DNA of 64,000 nt, from the NCBI GenBank assembly GCA_963724765.1, contig CAVRVY010000004.1, positions 1,152,001 through 1,216,000 of the forward strand, written 5' to 3'. The notes below the pieces were generated by a model. That model was not told where the DNA came from. It did no database searches and worked only from the letters and a program-made list of their open reading frames with translations. This document shows positions 55,234 through 64,000 of the stretch, in pieces; position 1 is the stretch's first letter; each line of letters starts with the position of its first letter. The position numbers and the translations under genes are program-made. This stretch comes from an uncultured delta proteobacterium (GTDB lineage: Bacteria > Desulfobacterota > Binatia > Binatales > Binataceae).

Positions 55234-56955
55234 TCAGGAGCGCGGGCGGCCATGATGGCCGCCGCTGTTGCGGCGCTCGGCGGGCGGCGCCTGCGAGCGC
55301 TCGGCGGCGGCCTGGATGTATTTCAGGGTGACCGGCGAAAGATCGTCACGGCCGACCTTGGCGTCGATGATCGCGAAACCGGCGCCGCGATGAGCGGCTT
55401 CAAGGGCGCTGCGCAGTTCGGCCGGGTTGTGCGCGTCGAAACCGGTTCCGCCCCAGTCCTCACCCAATCGCGCGTAGGGCCATGGCGGGATATCGAGCAG
55501 GTCGCGCCGCTCGCTCGCGACGGGCCGGAAGATGCCCCATCCACCGTTGTTGATTATGATCACGATCGGATTGGCGCCGAAGATCGGCGCGTGCGAGATT
55601 TCCGGGCCGGTCATCTGAAAGCCACCGTCGCCGCAGAGCACGATCGGACGCACGCCCGATCCCACTTGCGCACCCAGCGCGGCCGGCACCGCGAAACCCA
55701 TCGAAGCGTAAAATCCCTGTGCCAGGTAGGTTCCGTTGTGCGGCACGCGTACGTCCAGTCCGCCGAACAGCATGTCGCCCGACTCGGCCACCACCATGTA
55801 GCGCTTATGCGCGGCGAGAAACTCGTTGACCACCGTAAGGATCTCGCCGACCCGCAGCGGCGCGCCGCCGCCGTTGGCGGCGCCCGCCGCTTCGCGCAGA
55901 TTGTCGGCGTAATGCACGGTCTCGTCGTGATGCTGGATGCTCTGCTTGCGCAGTGCGCGCACGAAATCACGCACCCCGACATTCATATAGGTGTGATACT
56001 TGACGTCGACGCGCCGGTCGACCGCCCACACCGACTTGCCTTCGATGATATGCGGCGGGCGATTGCCGAAGTTCATGTCGGTCTTCAGGCAGCCGAGGTT
56101 CAGCACGAAATCCGCCTCGTCCATGCGGGCTACGATCGGCGGCGGGCTTATCGGCCCGACGTGCACGCCCATGTACAACGGATGGTCCATCGGGAAGGCG
56201 CCCTTGCCGAGCACCGTGGTCATCACCGGCGCGCCCATCTGCTCGGCCAGCTCGACCAGCTCGCGCGCGGCTTTATAGCGATGGATCTCGATGCCCGCGA
56301 TCAGCACCGGCTTGCGGCTTTCGTTGAACATCGCGGCGGTCTCGCGCGCCGCCTCTTCAAGCCGGCGAGCGTCGGATTCGTGAAAGCGCAGATGGCCGTC
56401 CCATTCCAGCACTTCGTCGGGCACCTCGATCTCACGGTCGACCATGTCGCGATGGATCTCAATGTAGCCGGGGCGCTGCTCGGCCCAGATCGCGCGCACC
56501 ACGTCGTGCAGTTGCATCGCGGCGCGGCGCGGGTCGGTCAACACGGCCGAGGCGCAAGTGACCTCCTGGTAGATGCGATGCTGCGATTCTATTTCGCGCG
56601 CCTGATGGTGAATCAGGGTGCCCAGCTTGCGCTCCTCCTCGCCAGGGCCGCCTGACAGAATGAGCAGCGGTACGCGCTCGGAAAACGATCCCGCCACCGG
56701 GTTGACCGTGTTGTGGCCCCCAGCGCCATAGGTCACGCAGATCACGCCGATTTTGCCGGTGGCGCGCGCGTAGCCGTCGGCCGCGAAACCGACCCCCGGC
56801 TCGTGCGAAAAGGTCAGGATTTGTGGTCCTTCGCGCCTGCCCAGCGCAAAAAACAGCTTGAGGGCCAGATCGCCCGGAATACCGAAAACGTGGGTTACAC
56901 TGATCTTCCGCAGGTAAGCGACCAGGAAGTCGCCCATCGACATATGCCGTTTCAA
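55234..56955 (-). CDS. ipdC: ThDP-dependent indolepyruvate/phenylpyruvate decarboxylase family protein
   Basis: FGIPGD, HEPGVGFAADGYAR, VTYGAG, SMGFAVP and GDGGFQMTG...NNGG; TTG start after GAGGAGG (alternative ATG 56943). Confidence 0.82.
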   Translation of the reverse strand: MKRHMSMGDFLVAYLRKISVTHVFGIPGDLALKLFFALGRREGPQILTFSHEPGVGFAADGYARATGKIGVICVTYGAGGHNTVNPVAGSFSERVPLLILSGGPGEEERKLGTLIHHQAREIESQHRIYQEVTCASAVLTDPRRAAMQLHDVVRAIWAEQRPGYIEIHRDMVDREIEVPDEVLEWDGHLRFHESDARRLEEAARETAAMFNESRKPVLIAGIEIHRYKAARELVELAEQMGAPVMTTVLGKGAFPMDHPLYMGVHVGPISPPPIVARMDEADFVLNLGCLKTDMNFGNRPPHIIEGKSVWAVDRRVDVKYHTYMNVGVRDFVRALRKQSIQHHDETVHYADNLREAAGAANGGGAPLRVGEILTVVNEFLAAHKRYMVVAESGDMLFGGLDVRVPHNGTYLAQGFYASMGFAVPAALGAQVGSGVRPIVLCGDGGFQMTGPEISHAPIFGANPIVIIINNGGWGIFRPVASERRDLLDIPPWPYARLGEDWGGTGFDAHNPAELRSALEAAHRGAGFAIIDAKVGRDDLSPVTLKYIQAAAERSQAPPAERRNSGGHHGRPRS

Positions 56956-57073
56956 CCGCGAGCCCTCCTCTCCGTCCTGCGTGTCACTGTAGCAGATTGG
57001 CGCCCCGCGCTCCCGCCTAATCCGTCTGGCCTTGGGCCTGAGGCCAGGGTGGAGTATAAAAGGAGAGCAAGCC

Positions 57074-57388
57074 GTGTTTAGTCGAATTCTCAGGATGCAA
57101 TTGATGGGCCCGCTGCAGATGCGCGGGCTAATAATGTTTTTGCCGCAGTTCGTCCGCGTGTTCTGGCGTCTGATGCACGACGCGCGGGTCACCATGCTGG
57201 CCAAGGCGGTGCCGTTCCTAGGACTCCTGACCCTGATTTCACCGCCGCTGCTGGAACTCGACTTCATTCCAATTGTCGGCGAACTGGACTGGATCCTTGT
57301 CGGTTTCATCTGCCTCAAGATCTTCATCTGGATGTGCCCGCCCGACGTGGTGCGTGAGCACGTAAGCAACGTCGCGCGCGGCGCCTAG
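57074..57388 (+). CDS. YkvA/DUF1232 family small membrane protein
   Basis: RLMHDARV...AK and ISP...DFIPIVGELD; AGGAG RBS. Confidence 0.78.
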   Translation: MFSRILRMQLMGPLQMRGLIMFLPQFVRVFWRLMHDARVTMLAKAVPFLGLLTLISPPLLELDFIPIVGELDWILVGFICLKIFIWMCPPDVVREHVSNVARGA

Positions 57389-57409
57389 CGCTGGGGGGAG
57401 CCCATATAG

Positions 57410-60190
57410 ATGCGACCGCGGATTATCCTGTTCGGCCTTGCTGCGCTCATTATCGTCATCCTGATTGTCCTGGGGCTCGCCGATGAGCTGCTGGTCGATC
57501 TCTTATGGTTCGGCGTGCTCGGCTACCGCTCGGTCTTCCTGACTCAGCTCGGCGCTCAGGTCACGATCTTCGTGGCCGTGTGGTTCGTGGCCTTCGTCGC
57601 CATATGCGTCAGCGGCTTCGTCGCGTTGGGCCTGAGCCAGGAGCGCGAGCGGCTCCACATCGTGCGCCGCTCCGAGGAGATGACCGAGGTCAATCTACCC
57701 GAGCTGATTCGCGCTTTCGGCGACCGTATTCCCTGGCGGCTGCTGGTGGTCGCGGCCTCGGCCCTGCTCGGCCTCTTCGCGGCTTCGGGCGAGGCGTCGT
57801 CATGGGATACCTACTTGAAAGGGTTCTACGCGGTGCCTTTTGGCCACACGGATCCGGCTTTCGGCAAGAACCTCGCATTCTACATCTTCACCCTGCCGCT
57901 GCTGGAAGACTGGCGCGACCTTTTCATGCTGATCCTGTTCCTGACCGCCGTGGTGACGGGCGTCGTCTACTGGGCACGCGGGGCGCTGGATTTCCGTGAC
58001 TCGCCCCCGCGTATCTCACGCGGCGCCGCTGCACATTTCTCTGTACTGCTCGCCGTCTTCTTCCTGCAGCGTGCGATGAACTACTGGCTGGCGCGCCCCG
58101 AACTGCTCCTGCATAGCAACGGAGTCGTCTACGGCCTGCGTTACGTCGATCACGTGCTATGGGAACCGGGCGTGTGGCTGCTGGTGGTGCTATCGTTGGT
58201 GGCCGCCGGAATCTGTCTGGCCAACCTGGGACAGCGCGGGCTCAGGCTGCCGGTATTCGCGGTGATCGTCCTGTTCGGCCCGGCGATCCTGCTCAACCTA
58301 ATCCAGCCGGTAATCGAGAAACTGTACGTCAAGCCCGACGAGCTGCGGGTCGAGAAGCCGTACCTCGAGCGCAACATCGCACTGACCCGCATGGCCTATC
58401 ATCTCGATAGCGTCGACGTGCGGCAGTTCAACGGCAAGGGCACTCTCACGCGGGCCTCGCTCGAACAGGATGCGCCCACCGTCAACAATATCCGGCTGTG
58501 GGACCCGCGCCCGCTGCTCGCGACCTACCGCCAGCTCCAGGAAATCCGCCTCTACTACGATTTCCAGGACGTGGACATCGACCGCTACTGGATCAATGGC
58601 AAGTATACGGAGGTGATGCTCTCGCCGCGCGAGCTCAATATCTCACTGCTGCCGGACAACGCTCAGACCTGGGTCAACCGCCATCTCAAGTTCACCCATG
58701 GCAGCGGCCTTACGATGAGCCCGGTCAATGCCAAGGACAGCGAAGGACTGCCGGTCTTTTATATCAAGAACATCCCGGCCGAATCCGACGTCGGGTTCAA
58801 GGTCCCGCAACCGGCTATCTACTTCGGCCAGGAGCCGGACAGCTATGCGATCGTCAAGGCAGCGACCCCGGAATTTGACTATCCATTGGGGGCCGACAAC
58901 GTCTACTCATATTACAAGGGCAAGGGCGGCGTACCGGTCAGCGGACTGATTCGCCGCTTGCTGTTCAGCTACTTCTACCGCGATATCAACCTGCTGGTGA
59001 CCAGCAATATCCTCGAGGGCAGCCGCATCATGATTCGGCGCAACATAAGCGACCGCGTCGCGCGCCTAGCGCCATTTCTGGGCCAGGACCGCGATCCTTA
59101 CCTGGTGCTGCATGACGGCCATCTGGTTTGGATCCTCGACTGCTACACCACCAGCGATCATTTTCCCTATTCGCAGCGCAATACCGAGGGCATCAACTAT
59201 ATCCGCAACTCGGTCAAGGTGGTGGTAGACGCTTACAACGGCACCACGGATTTCTATGTCGCCGACCCCGCCGATCCGATCATCCGGACCTGGCAGCGGA
59301 TTTTCCCCGCGATGTTCAAGCCGATGTCGGCCATGTCCGACGATTTGCGCCAGCACATCCGTTATCCCGAAGACTATTTCCTGATTCAGGCCGACATCTA
59401 TCGGACCTATCATATGATCGACCCGGCCGTGTTCTACAACCGCGAAGACCAGTGGGGTTTCCCGCGCGAGAACTACGCCGACGAGACCGTGCCGATGCAG
59501 CCCTACTACGTAGTCATGCGGCTCCCCGGCGAGACCCACGACGAATACATACTGATGCTGCCGATGGTGCCGGAGAGCCGCGGCACGGTGCGTGACAATA
59601 TGATTTCGTGGCTGGCCGCGCGCTGCGACGGCACTGATTATGGCCATCTGTTCGAGTTCGCCTTCTCCAAGGATCGCCTGTTCTACGGCCCTTACCAGAT
59701 CCAGGCGCGCATCAACCAGAATCCTGACATTTCGCAACAGTATTCGCTGTGGAACCAGATGGGCTCCAAGGTAATCCTGGGCAACCTGCTGGTCTTCCCG
59801 ATCGAGAACGCGTTGCTGTACGTCGAACCGCTGTACATCCGCGCGCAAACCGGCCAGCTTCCCGAGTTGCAGCGCGTTATCGCCGCCTACAGCGACCGTA
59901 TCGTGATGGGCAACAACCTCGGAAGCGCGCTGAACGCCCTTTTCACCGCGCCGGCCGAAACCCCGCCGCCAACCATCTCTTCCGCCGCGGCGCAGGCGGT
60001 GACGACGGCGATGGCGTCCGGCGGCGCTAAGAAGCCGCCGCCAGCCGTCAAGGGTGACCTCACGGGGGCCAGCATGCATTACAACCGCGCCTTGGCCGCA
60101 CTCAAGACCGGCGACTGGGCCGAGTTCGGCATCGAGATGCAGCAACTCGGCGTGCAACTCGGCCAACCGGCCGAGAAAGCCCAGCATTAG
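57410..60190 (+). CDS. UPF0182 family membrane protein
   Basis: LWFGVLGY..VF, DPAFGKNLAFYIF.LP, NIRLWD, DVDIDRY, FTHG, NYIRNSVK, HIRYPE and LLYVEPLY. Confidence 0.95.
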   Translation: MRPRIILFGLAALIIVILIVLGLADELLVDLLWFGVLGYRSVFLTQLGAQVTIFVAVWFVAFVAICVSGFVALGLSQERERLHIVRRSEEMTEVNLPELIRAFGDRIPWRLLVVAASALLGLFAASGEASSWDTYLKGFYAVPFGHTDPAFGKNLAFYIFTLPLLEDWRDLFMLILFLTAVVTGVVYWARGALDFRDSPPRISRGAAAHFSVLLAVFFLQRAMNYWLARPELLLHSNGVVYGLRYVDHVLWEPGVWLLVVLSLVAAGICLANLGQRGLRLPVFAVIVLFGPAILLNLIQPVIEKLYVKPDELRVEKPYLERNIALTRMAYHLDSVDVRQFNGKGTLTRASLEQDAPTVNNIRLWDPRPLLATYRQLQEIRLYYDFQDVDIDRYWINGKYTEVMLSPRELNISLLPDNAQTWVNRHLKFTHGSGLTMSPVNAKDSEGLPVFYIKNIPAESDVGFKVPQPAIYFGQEPDSYAIVKAATPEFDYPLGADNVYSYYKGKGGVPVSGLIRRLLFSYFYRDINLLVTSNILEGSRIMIRRNISDRVARLAPFLGQDRDPYLVLHDGHLVWILDCYTTSDHFPYSQRNTEGINYIRNSVKVVVDAYNGTTDFYVADPADPIIRTWQRIFPAMFKPMSAMSDDLRQHIRYPEDYFLIQADIYRTYHMIDPAVFYNREDQWGFPRENYADETVPMQPYYVVMRLPGETHDEYILMLPMVPESRGTVRDNMISWLAARCDGTDYGHLFEFAFSKDRLFYGPYQIQARINQNPDISQQYSLWNQMGSKVILGNLLVFPIENALLYVEPLYIRAQTGQLPELQRVIAAYSDRIVMGNNLGSALNALFTAPAETPPPTISSAAAQAVTTAMASGGAKKPPPAVKGDLTGASMHYNRALAALKTGDWAEFGIEMQQLGVQLGQPAEKAQH

Positions 60191-60227
60191 TCAGTCGGCA
60201 TGTACTAGCATGCATTAGTCAGTCGGC
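60184..60227 (+). repeat. 16-bp direct repeat GCATTAGTCAGTCGGC (60184 and 60212) upstream of the kinase
   Basis: Two exact copies 28 bp apart. Confidence 0.75.
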
Positions 60228-60235
60228 GCGACAGC

Positions 60236-61894
60236 GTGCCGCAGGGGGGAGCGAGGGTGACCGACCGATCTGTGCTCAGCCGCGCTGAGTCTGGCGCCAT
60301 GGCATACGCGGCGCCGGCCGACTCACTCGCCGGCCGGATGAATACTCTCGCCGCGCTCGCGGCGGCCGCGGCCAGCGGCGGAGCCTGCCTCATCTCATGG
60401 CAGCGCGCAACCGATACCGGCGCCGCCTATGCACCCGCCGACCCCGGATGGGAGCCGGCGCTGTGGGCGATTCTCGGGATGCTCGCGCGTCAGGGCGGCG
60501 CGGATGGACCTGGCGGCGACGCGACGCTCAAGATGAGCGCCGCGGAAGTCGCGCTCCGATGCGGCCGGGCGCTTCCCGTGCAAACCCGCCTCGAAGCGTA
60601 CGGCGTATCGTCGTCGGCCTTGCCTACCGCCCACGCCAGTATCGTGATGCTGGTGCCGCAGGGCGTGCTGCCCTCTCAGAGCGAGGCCCTGCTGAACCTC
60701 GTCCGACGCCAGGCGCTGGCTGAAATCGAGCTCAGTGAAGAAGCTGCCTCGCTATGGTTCTGGCGCGATCGGGCCGCGACCGCGACCGAGCGGCTTGCCG
60801 CCGAGCGCGCGGCGGCGCGGCGCGAGCGCGGCGATAGCGGCCGCGTCGAGCGTGCGATCGCCGCCGCGTTCAAGTTCGCGCCGCGCGAGCGCTGGGCCGG
60901 CCTGGGGCGGCTCTTCGCGGCAACCGGACCGTTTGCCGCCTGGATTGTGGCGGTGGCCGAAGGCGGCGCCGCCGTGCCTCGCGTCGCCGCCGCCTCGGCG
61001 CGTTCGCTGAGCGCCACGCTCCGCCTTGACGGGAAAAGCGCGCTCGCCGACGCGATGCGCCGGCGCGTCACCATCGTGCGCAGCGCCGCGGCGCCGCGCG
61101 GCGGCGTCCTCCACGAGGATGGCGCGTTCAAGAGCTTTGCCGATTATCTTTGCGTTCCGTTCGAGGGCGGCGCGATCGCACTCGCCAGCGCCAAGCCGCT
61201 GGAGGCCGCGGCGCGCGAGCGCGCCGAGACGCTGGCCGCGCGGCTTGGCCCAGTGAGCGCAGGATGGGCCGCGGCCGAGCACGCGGCGCGGCTCCAGGAG
61301 CTGGTGCGCGCGCTGGGCGTGCGGCTGTTCGGCGCGGTCGAGGCAGAGCGCGCGCGCATCGCGCGCGATCTGCATGACGACCAGGCCCAGCTTCTCGCCG
61401 CCGCGCGCCTCGCACTTGAGGGCGGAGGCAACGAAGCGCGCGCCATCTTCGAGCGGCTCGAGGCGGAACTGCGCGTGCGGCTGCGCGAGCTGCGTCCGGC
61501 GGAGCTGGGCAAGCGCGCGCTGGGCGCGGCGCTGCGGGCCGAGCTCGACCGTCTCGCCGCGGGCGGGATGGATACGCAGCTCAAGGGCACCGCAGCCGCC
61601 AATCGCCTTCCCGATAGCGTACGCCAGGTCTGCTACCAGGTCGCGCGCGAAGCGCTGGCCAATATCGTCCGTCACGCCCGCGCCACTCGTGCCGAGATTC
61701 TTATCGAGCGCGACGCCGGCCTCGCGCGCCTCACGGTCAGCGACAACGGCCGCGGAATCGAGCCCGGCGCGCGCGCGGCGGGCGGGATGGGGCTGGGCGG
61801 GCTCGCCGAGCGGCTGGAGCTTCTGGGCGGCGCGATGCGGGTCGAGTCGAGCCGCGGGATGGCCAGGCTGGTGGCCGAGATTCCATTGGAGTAG
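60236..61894 (+). CDS. HisKA_3 (NarX/UhpB-like) sensor histidine kinase with divergent Ala-rich N-terminus; start uncertain
   Basis: ERARIARDLHDD, REALANIVRHA, VSDNGRG and GMGLGGLAER. Confidence 0.85.
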   Translation: MPQGGARVTDRSVLSRAESGAMAYAAPADSLAGRMNTLAALAAAAASGGACLISWQRATDTGAAYAPADPGWEPALWAILGMLARQGGADGPGGDATLKMSAAEVALRCGRALPVQTRLEAYGVSSSALPTAHASIVMLVPQGVLPSQSEALLNLVRRQALAEIELSEEAASLWFWRDRAATATERLAAERAAARRERGDSGRVERAIAAAFKFAPRERWAGLGRLFAATGPFAAWIVAVAEGGAAVPRVAAASARSLSATLRLDGKSALADAMRRRVTIVRSAAAPRGGVLHEDGAFKSFADYLCVPFEGGAIALASAKPLEAAARERAETLAARLGPVSAGWAAAEHAARLQELVRALGVRLFGAVEAERARIARDLHDDQAQLLAAARLALEGGGNEARAIFERLEAELRVRLRELRPAELGKRALGAALRAELDRLAAGGMDTQLKGTAAANRLPDSVRQVCYQVAREALANIVRHARATRAEILIERDAGLARLTVSDNGRGIEPGARAAGGMGLGGLAERLELLGGAMRVESSRGMARLVAEIPLE

Positions 61895-61899
61895 CGGAC

Positions 61900-62574
61900 G
61901 TGGCGATGGGCAGCGAGCGCATCAGCGTCCTCATCGCCGACGATCATCGCATGTTTCGCGAGGCGTTGCGCTCCGTGCTCGAGCGCGAGTGCGATGTCGT
62001 CGGTGAAGCGGCGAGCGGCGAGGAAGCGGTGGCGCTGGCCGCGCGCTCGCGCCCCGACATCGTGCTGCTGGACGTTGGGATGCCCGGAGTGGGCGGCCTC
62101 AACGCGGCGCATCGTCTGGCCAAGGAAGCGCCGTCCTCCAAGGTCGTGATCCTGAGCCAGCATGACGATGAGGAGTACGTGATCGAGGCGATGGTCGACG
62201 CCGGCGCGGCCGGCTACCTGGTCAAGACCGACGCCGCCGCCGAGTTGCTGAGCGCTTTGCGCGCGGTGGCCATGGGCAAGCACTACCTGAGCGCCGCGGT
62301 CGCACCGGCTGTGCTCGCGCGGCTCAAGAATACTCGCGGAGCGTCCGGCGGCGGCGCGGCGCCGGCAGCGGTAGTAAAACTCACGCGGCGCGAGCGCGAA
62401 GTGCTGAGCCTCATCGGCGAGGGGGCGACCAGCAAAGACATCGCCGCGCGCCTCGGTATCAGCCCCAAGACCGCCCAGGTCCATCGCGACAACCTCAAGC
62501 AGAAGCTCAAGGCGAAATCGACGGCCGCGATGGTGCGTTACGCGATCAAGCACAAGTTGATCCGCGCCGAGTAA
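61900..62574 (+). CDS. NarL/LuxR-family response regulator
   Basis: IADDH, LLDVGMP, GYLVK and LTRREREVL...IAARLGISPKT. Confidence 0.93.
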   Translation: MAMGSERISVLIADDHRMFREALRSVLERECDVVGEAASGEEAVALAARSRPDIVLLDVGMPGVGGLNAAHRLAKEAPSSKVVILSQHDDEEYVIEAMVDAGAAGYLVKTDAAAELLSALRAVAMGKHYLSAAVAPAVLARLKNTRGASGGGAAPAAVVKLTRREREVLSLIGEGATSKDIAARLGISPKTAQVHRDNLKQKLKAKSTAAMVRYAIKHKLIRAE

Positions 62575-62659
62575 GACTCCGCCGGTTCGATTTCGCCGCG
62601 CGCTCCGTGATAATTGGAAGGTGGCCGCGAGCCCGCGGCTAAAGGAGCTAGCTACTGCG

Positions 62660-63340
62660 ATGGCGGAAATTGGACTGTTCGAGGCGATGTATTCGGCGCG
62701 GGCGCTCAGGCGCTTCAAGCCTGAGCCGGTGCCCGACGAAATTATAACCAGGATACTCGACGCGGCGATTCGCGCGCCGTCGGGCAGCAACGCGCAGACC
62801 TGGCTGTTCGTCGTAGTCAAGGACGCGGAGAAGCGCCGCCAGCTTGGTGCGATCTATAACAAGGCGTCGCGGATCATAACCAAGCTCTACGCCGAGCGGC
62901 CGCGCGCCAGCCATTTCAGCGACGAACAGTACCGCCGCTTTATGAGCTCGGTGACCTATCTGTTCGACAACATGCACGAGGCGCCGGTGCTGCTGCTCGC
63001 CTGCCTCAAGTCGGCGCCGGCTGGCGCGGCGCCAAGCGCGCTCAGCCCCGAGGTCCAAAGCGCGATGACGAAAGCGGTCGGCACCCAAGGCGCGAGCATC
63101 TATCCCGCCGTGCAGAACATCATCCTGGCATGCCGCGCCCTCGGTTTGGGCACCGTGCTGACCACGATCCATGCCTTCTTCGAGGAGGAGGTCAAAGCGA
63201 TCGTCGGACTGCCACCCGAGGTGGCGACTTTCGCGCTGATGCCGATCGGCTATCCGCGTGACAAGTTTGGACCCGTCCGCCGACTGCCGGTAAACGAGGT
63301 TACCTGCCTCGACAATTACGGAAAGCCCTGGCCCGGCTAG
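62660..63340 (+). CDS. Nitroreductase family protein
   Basis: RALRRF, RAPSGSNAQ.W.F, SIYPAVQNIILACRALGLG and IGYP; AAGGAG upstream. Confidence 0.92.
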   Translation: MAEIGLFEAMYSARALRRFKPEPVPDEIITRILDAAIRAPSGSNAQTWLFVVVKDAEKRRQLGAIYNKASRIITKLYAERPRASHFSDEQYRRFMSSVTYLFDNMHEAPVLLLACLKSAPAGAAPSALSPEVQSAMTKAVGTQGASIYPAVQNIILACRALGLGTVLTTIHAFFEEEVKAIVGLPPEVATFALMPIGYPRDKFGPVRRLPVNEVTCLDNYGKPWPG

Positions 63341-63379
63341 CCGCGGGACGGCATACCGGGGCTTGAGGCGGGCGCCGCG

Positions 63380-64000
63380 ATGATCCCGCTGCGCGACAAT
63401 GTCGCCCGCCATCGGCTGAGCCCTGTCAACACGCTGCTCATCGCGGCCAACGTCGCGGTGTTCATGTACGAGGTTTCGCTGGGCCACCATCTGGATGCGT
63501 TCGTCACGCGCTACGCGATGGTGCCCGGGCTGCTTGCCCGCGCGCGTCTGGACGGCGCCGTGCTTCTGAACGCTCGTGGCCGCCTGTGGCCGCCGTTTAC
63601 GGTCATCACTTCGATGTTCGTCCATGGCGGCCTGGGCCACGTCGCCGGCAACATGCTCTACCTCTTCATCTTTGGCCCCGCGGTCGAGGAGCGGACCGGT
63701 CCGGCGCATTACTTGTCGTTCTACCTATTGAGCGGTATCGCCTCGGCCACTGCGACGGTGGTGATGGCGCCGCAATCGATGGTGCCGGTGATCGGCGCGA
63801 GCGGCGCGATCGCCGGCGTTCTCGGCGCCTACTTCATCCTCTATCCGCGCGGCAGCATCCTGACCTTCTTCCCGCCGTTCTTTTTCCGTCTTCCGGCGGT
63901 GCTCTACCTGATTGTTTGGTTCGCCGCGCAATTGTTCTCAGGAATAGCCAGCGGAGCGGCGGGCTCATTGATGGGCGGGGTGGCCTGGTGGGCGCACGTC
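63380..64000 (+). CDS. Rhomboid-family intramembrane serine protease (runs off the window end)
   Basis: My own translation from ATG 63380: MIPLRD, SMFVHGGLGHVAGNMLYL, catalytic GASGA and VAWWAH; absent from the ORF track because no stop lies in the window. Confidence 0.9.
   Translation, partial: MIPLRDNVARHRLSPVNTLLIAANVAVFMYEVSLGHHLDAFVTRYAMVPGLLARARLDGAVLLNARGRLWPPFTVITSMFVHGGLGHVAGNMLYLFIFGPAVEERTGPAHYLSFYLLSGIASATATVVMAPQSMVPVIGASGAIAGVLGAYFILYPRGSILTFFPPFFFRLPAVLYLIVWFAAQLFSGIASGAAGSLMGGVAWWAHV

Noticed and set aside
1-64000. tRNA, rRNA, prophage, defence systems, sigma54 promoters
   Set aside because: No convincing signatures by eye; GG-N10-GC matches lacked the TGGCAC/TTGC context. 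Small ncRNAs and riboswitches cannot be excluded without an Infernal/Rfam scan.

Overview
This is a gene-dense, high-GC bacterial chromosomal segment with about 58 genes. The many luciferase-like (LLM) oxidoreductases, amidases and the general gene style suggest a soil lineage such as Candidatus Binatota; that taxonomy is inference only. I found no rRNA, tRNA, CRISPR array, integrase or intact transposase. Main blocks: (1) 0-10.3 kb: GAF histidine kinase and FixJ-type regulators, an MlaE/F/D-PqiC (MCE) transporter, an outer-membrane protein and lipoproteins, linked by a shared palindrome RGACYWARGTCCRAT. (2) 10.3-12 kb: a rearrangement scar with two repeat pairs around a DUF3109 gene and a truncated FG-GAP gene. 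(3) 13.8-22.3 kb: LLM oxidoreductases (one frameshifted), a VOC gene with an atypical ICL/PEP-mutase gene, and an lvaC-lvaA-lvaB-like trio. (4) 21.3-33.2 kb: a probable uncharacterised catabolic cluster (MocR regulator, DUF3445 heme N-demethylase-like protein, APC permease, Mo-bisPGD enzyme, hydantoinase A/B, ICMT-family protein, LLM). (5) 35.9-38.3 kb: nucleotidyltransferase, receiver-only PhoB-like protein and CYTH-like protein, with two 11-bp-periodic Pho-box-like arrays. (6) 39.9-47.7 kb: prkA-yeaH-spoVR flanked by an MBL hydrolase and a class III aminotransferase. (7) 47.7-64 kb: hydrolases, DUF945, DedA, SDR, a degenerate truncated acyl-CoA ligase behind an IpdC-like decarboxylase, UPF0182, a NarL-type two-component pair, a nitroreductase and a partial rhomboid gene. 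All functional calls come from reading motifs by eye; no database searches were run.
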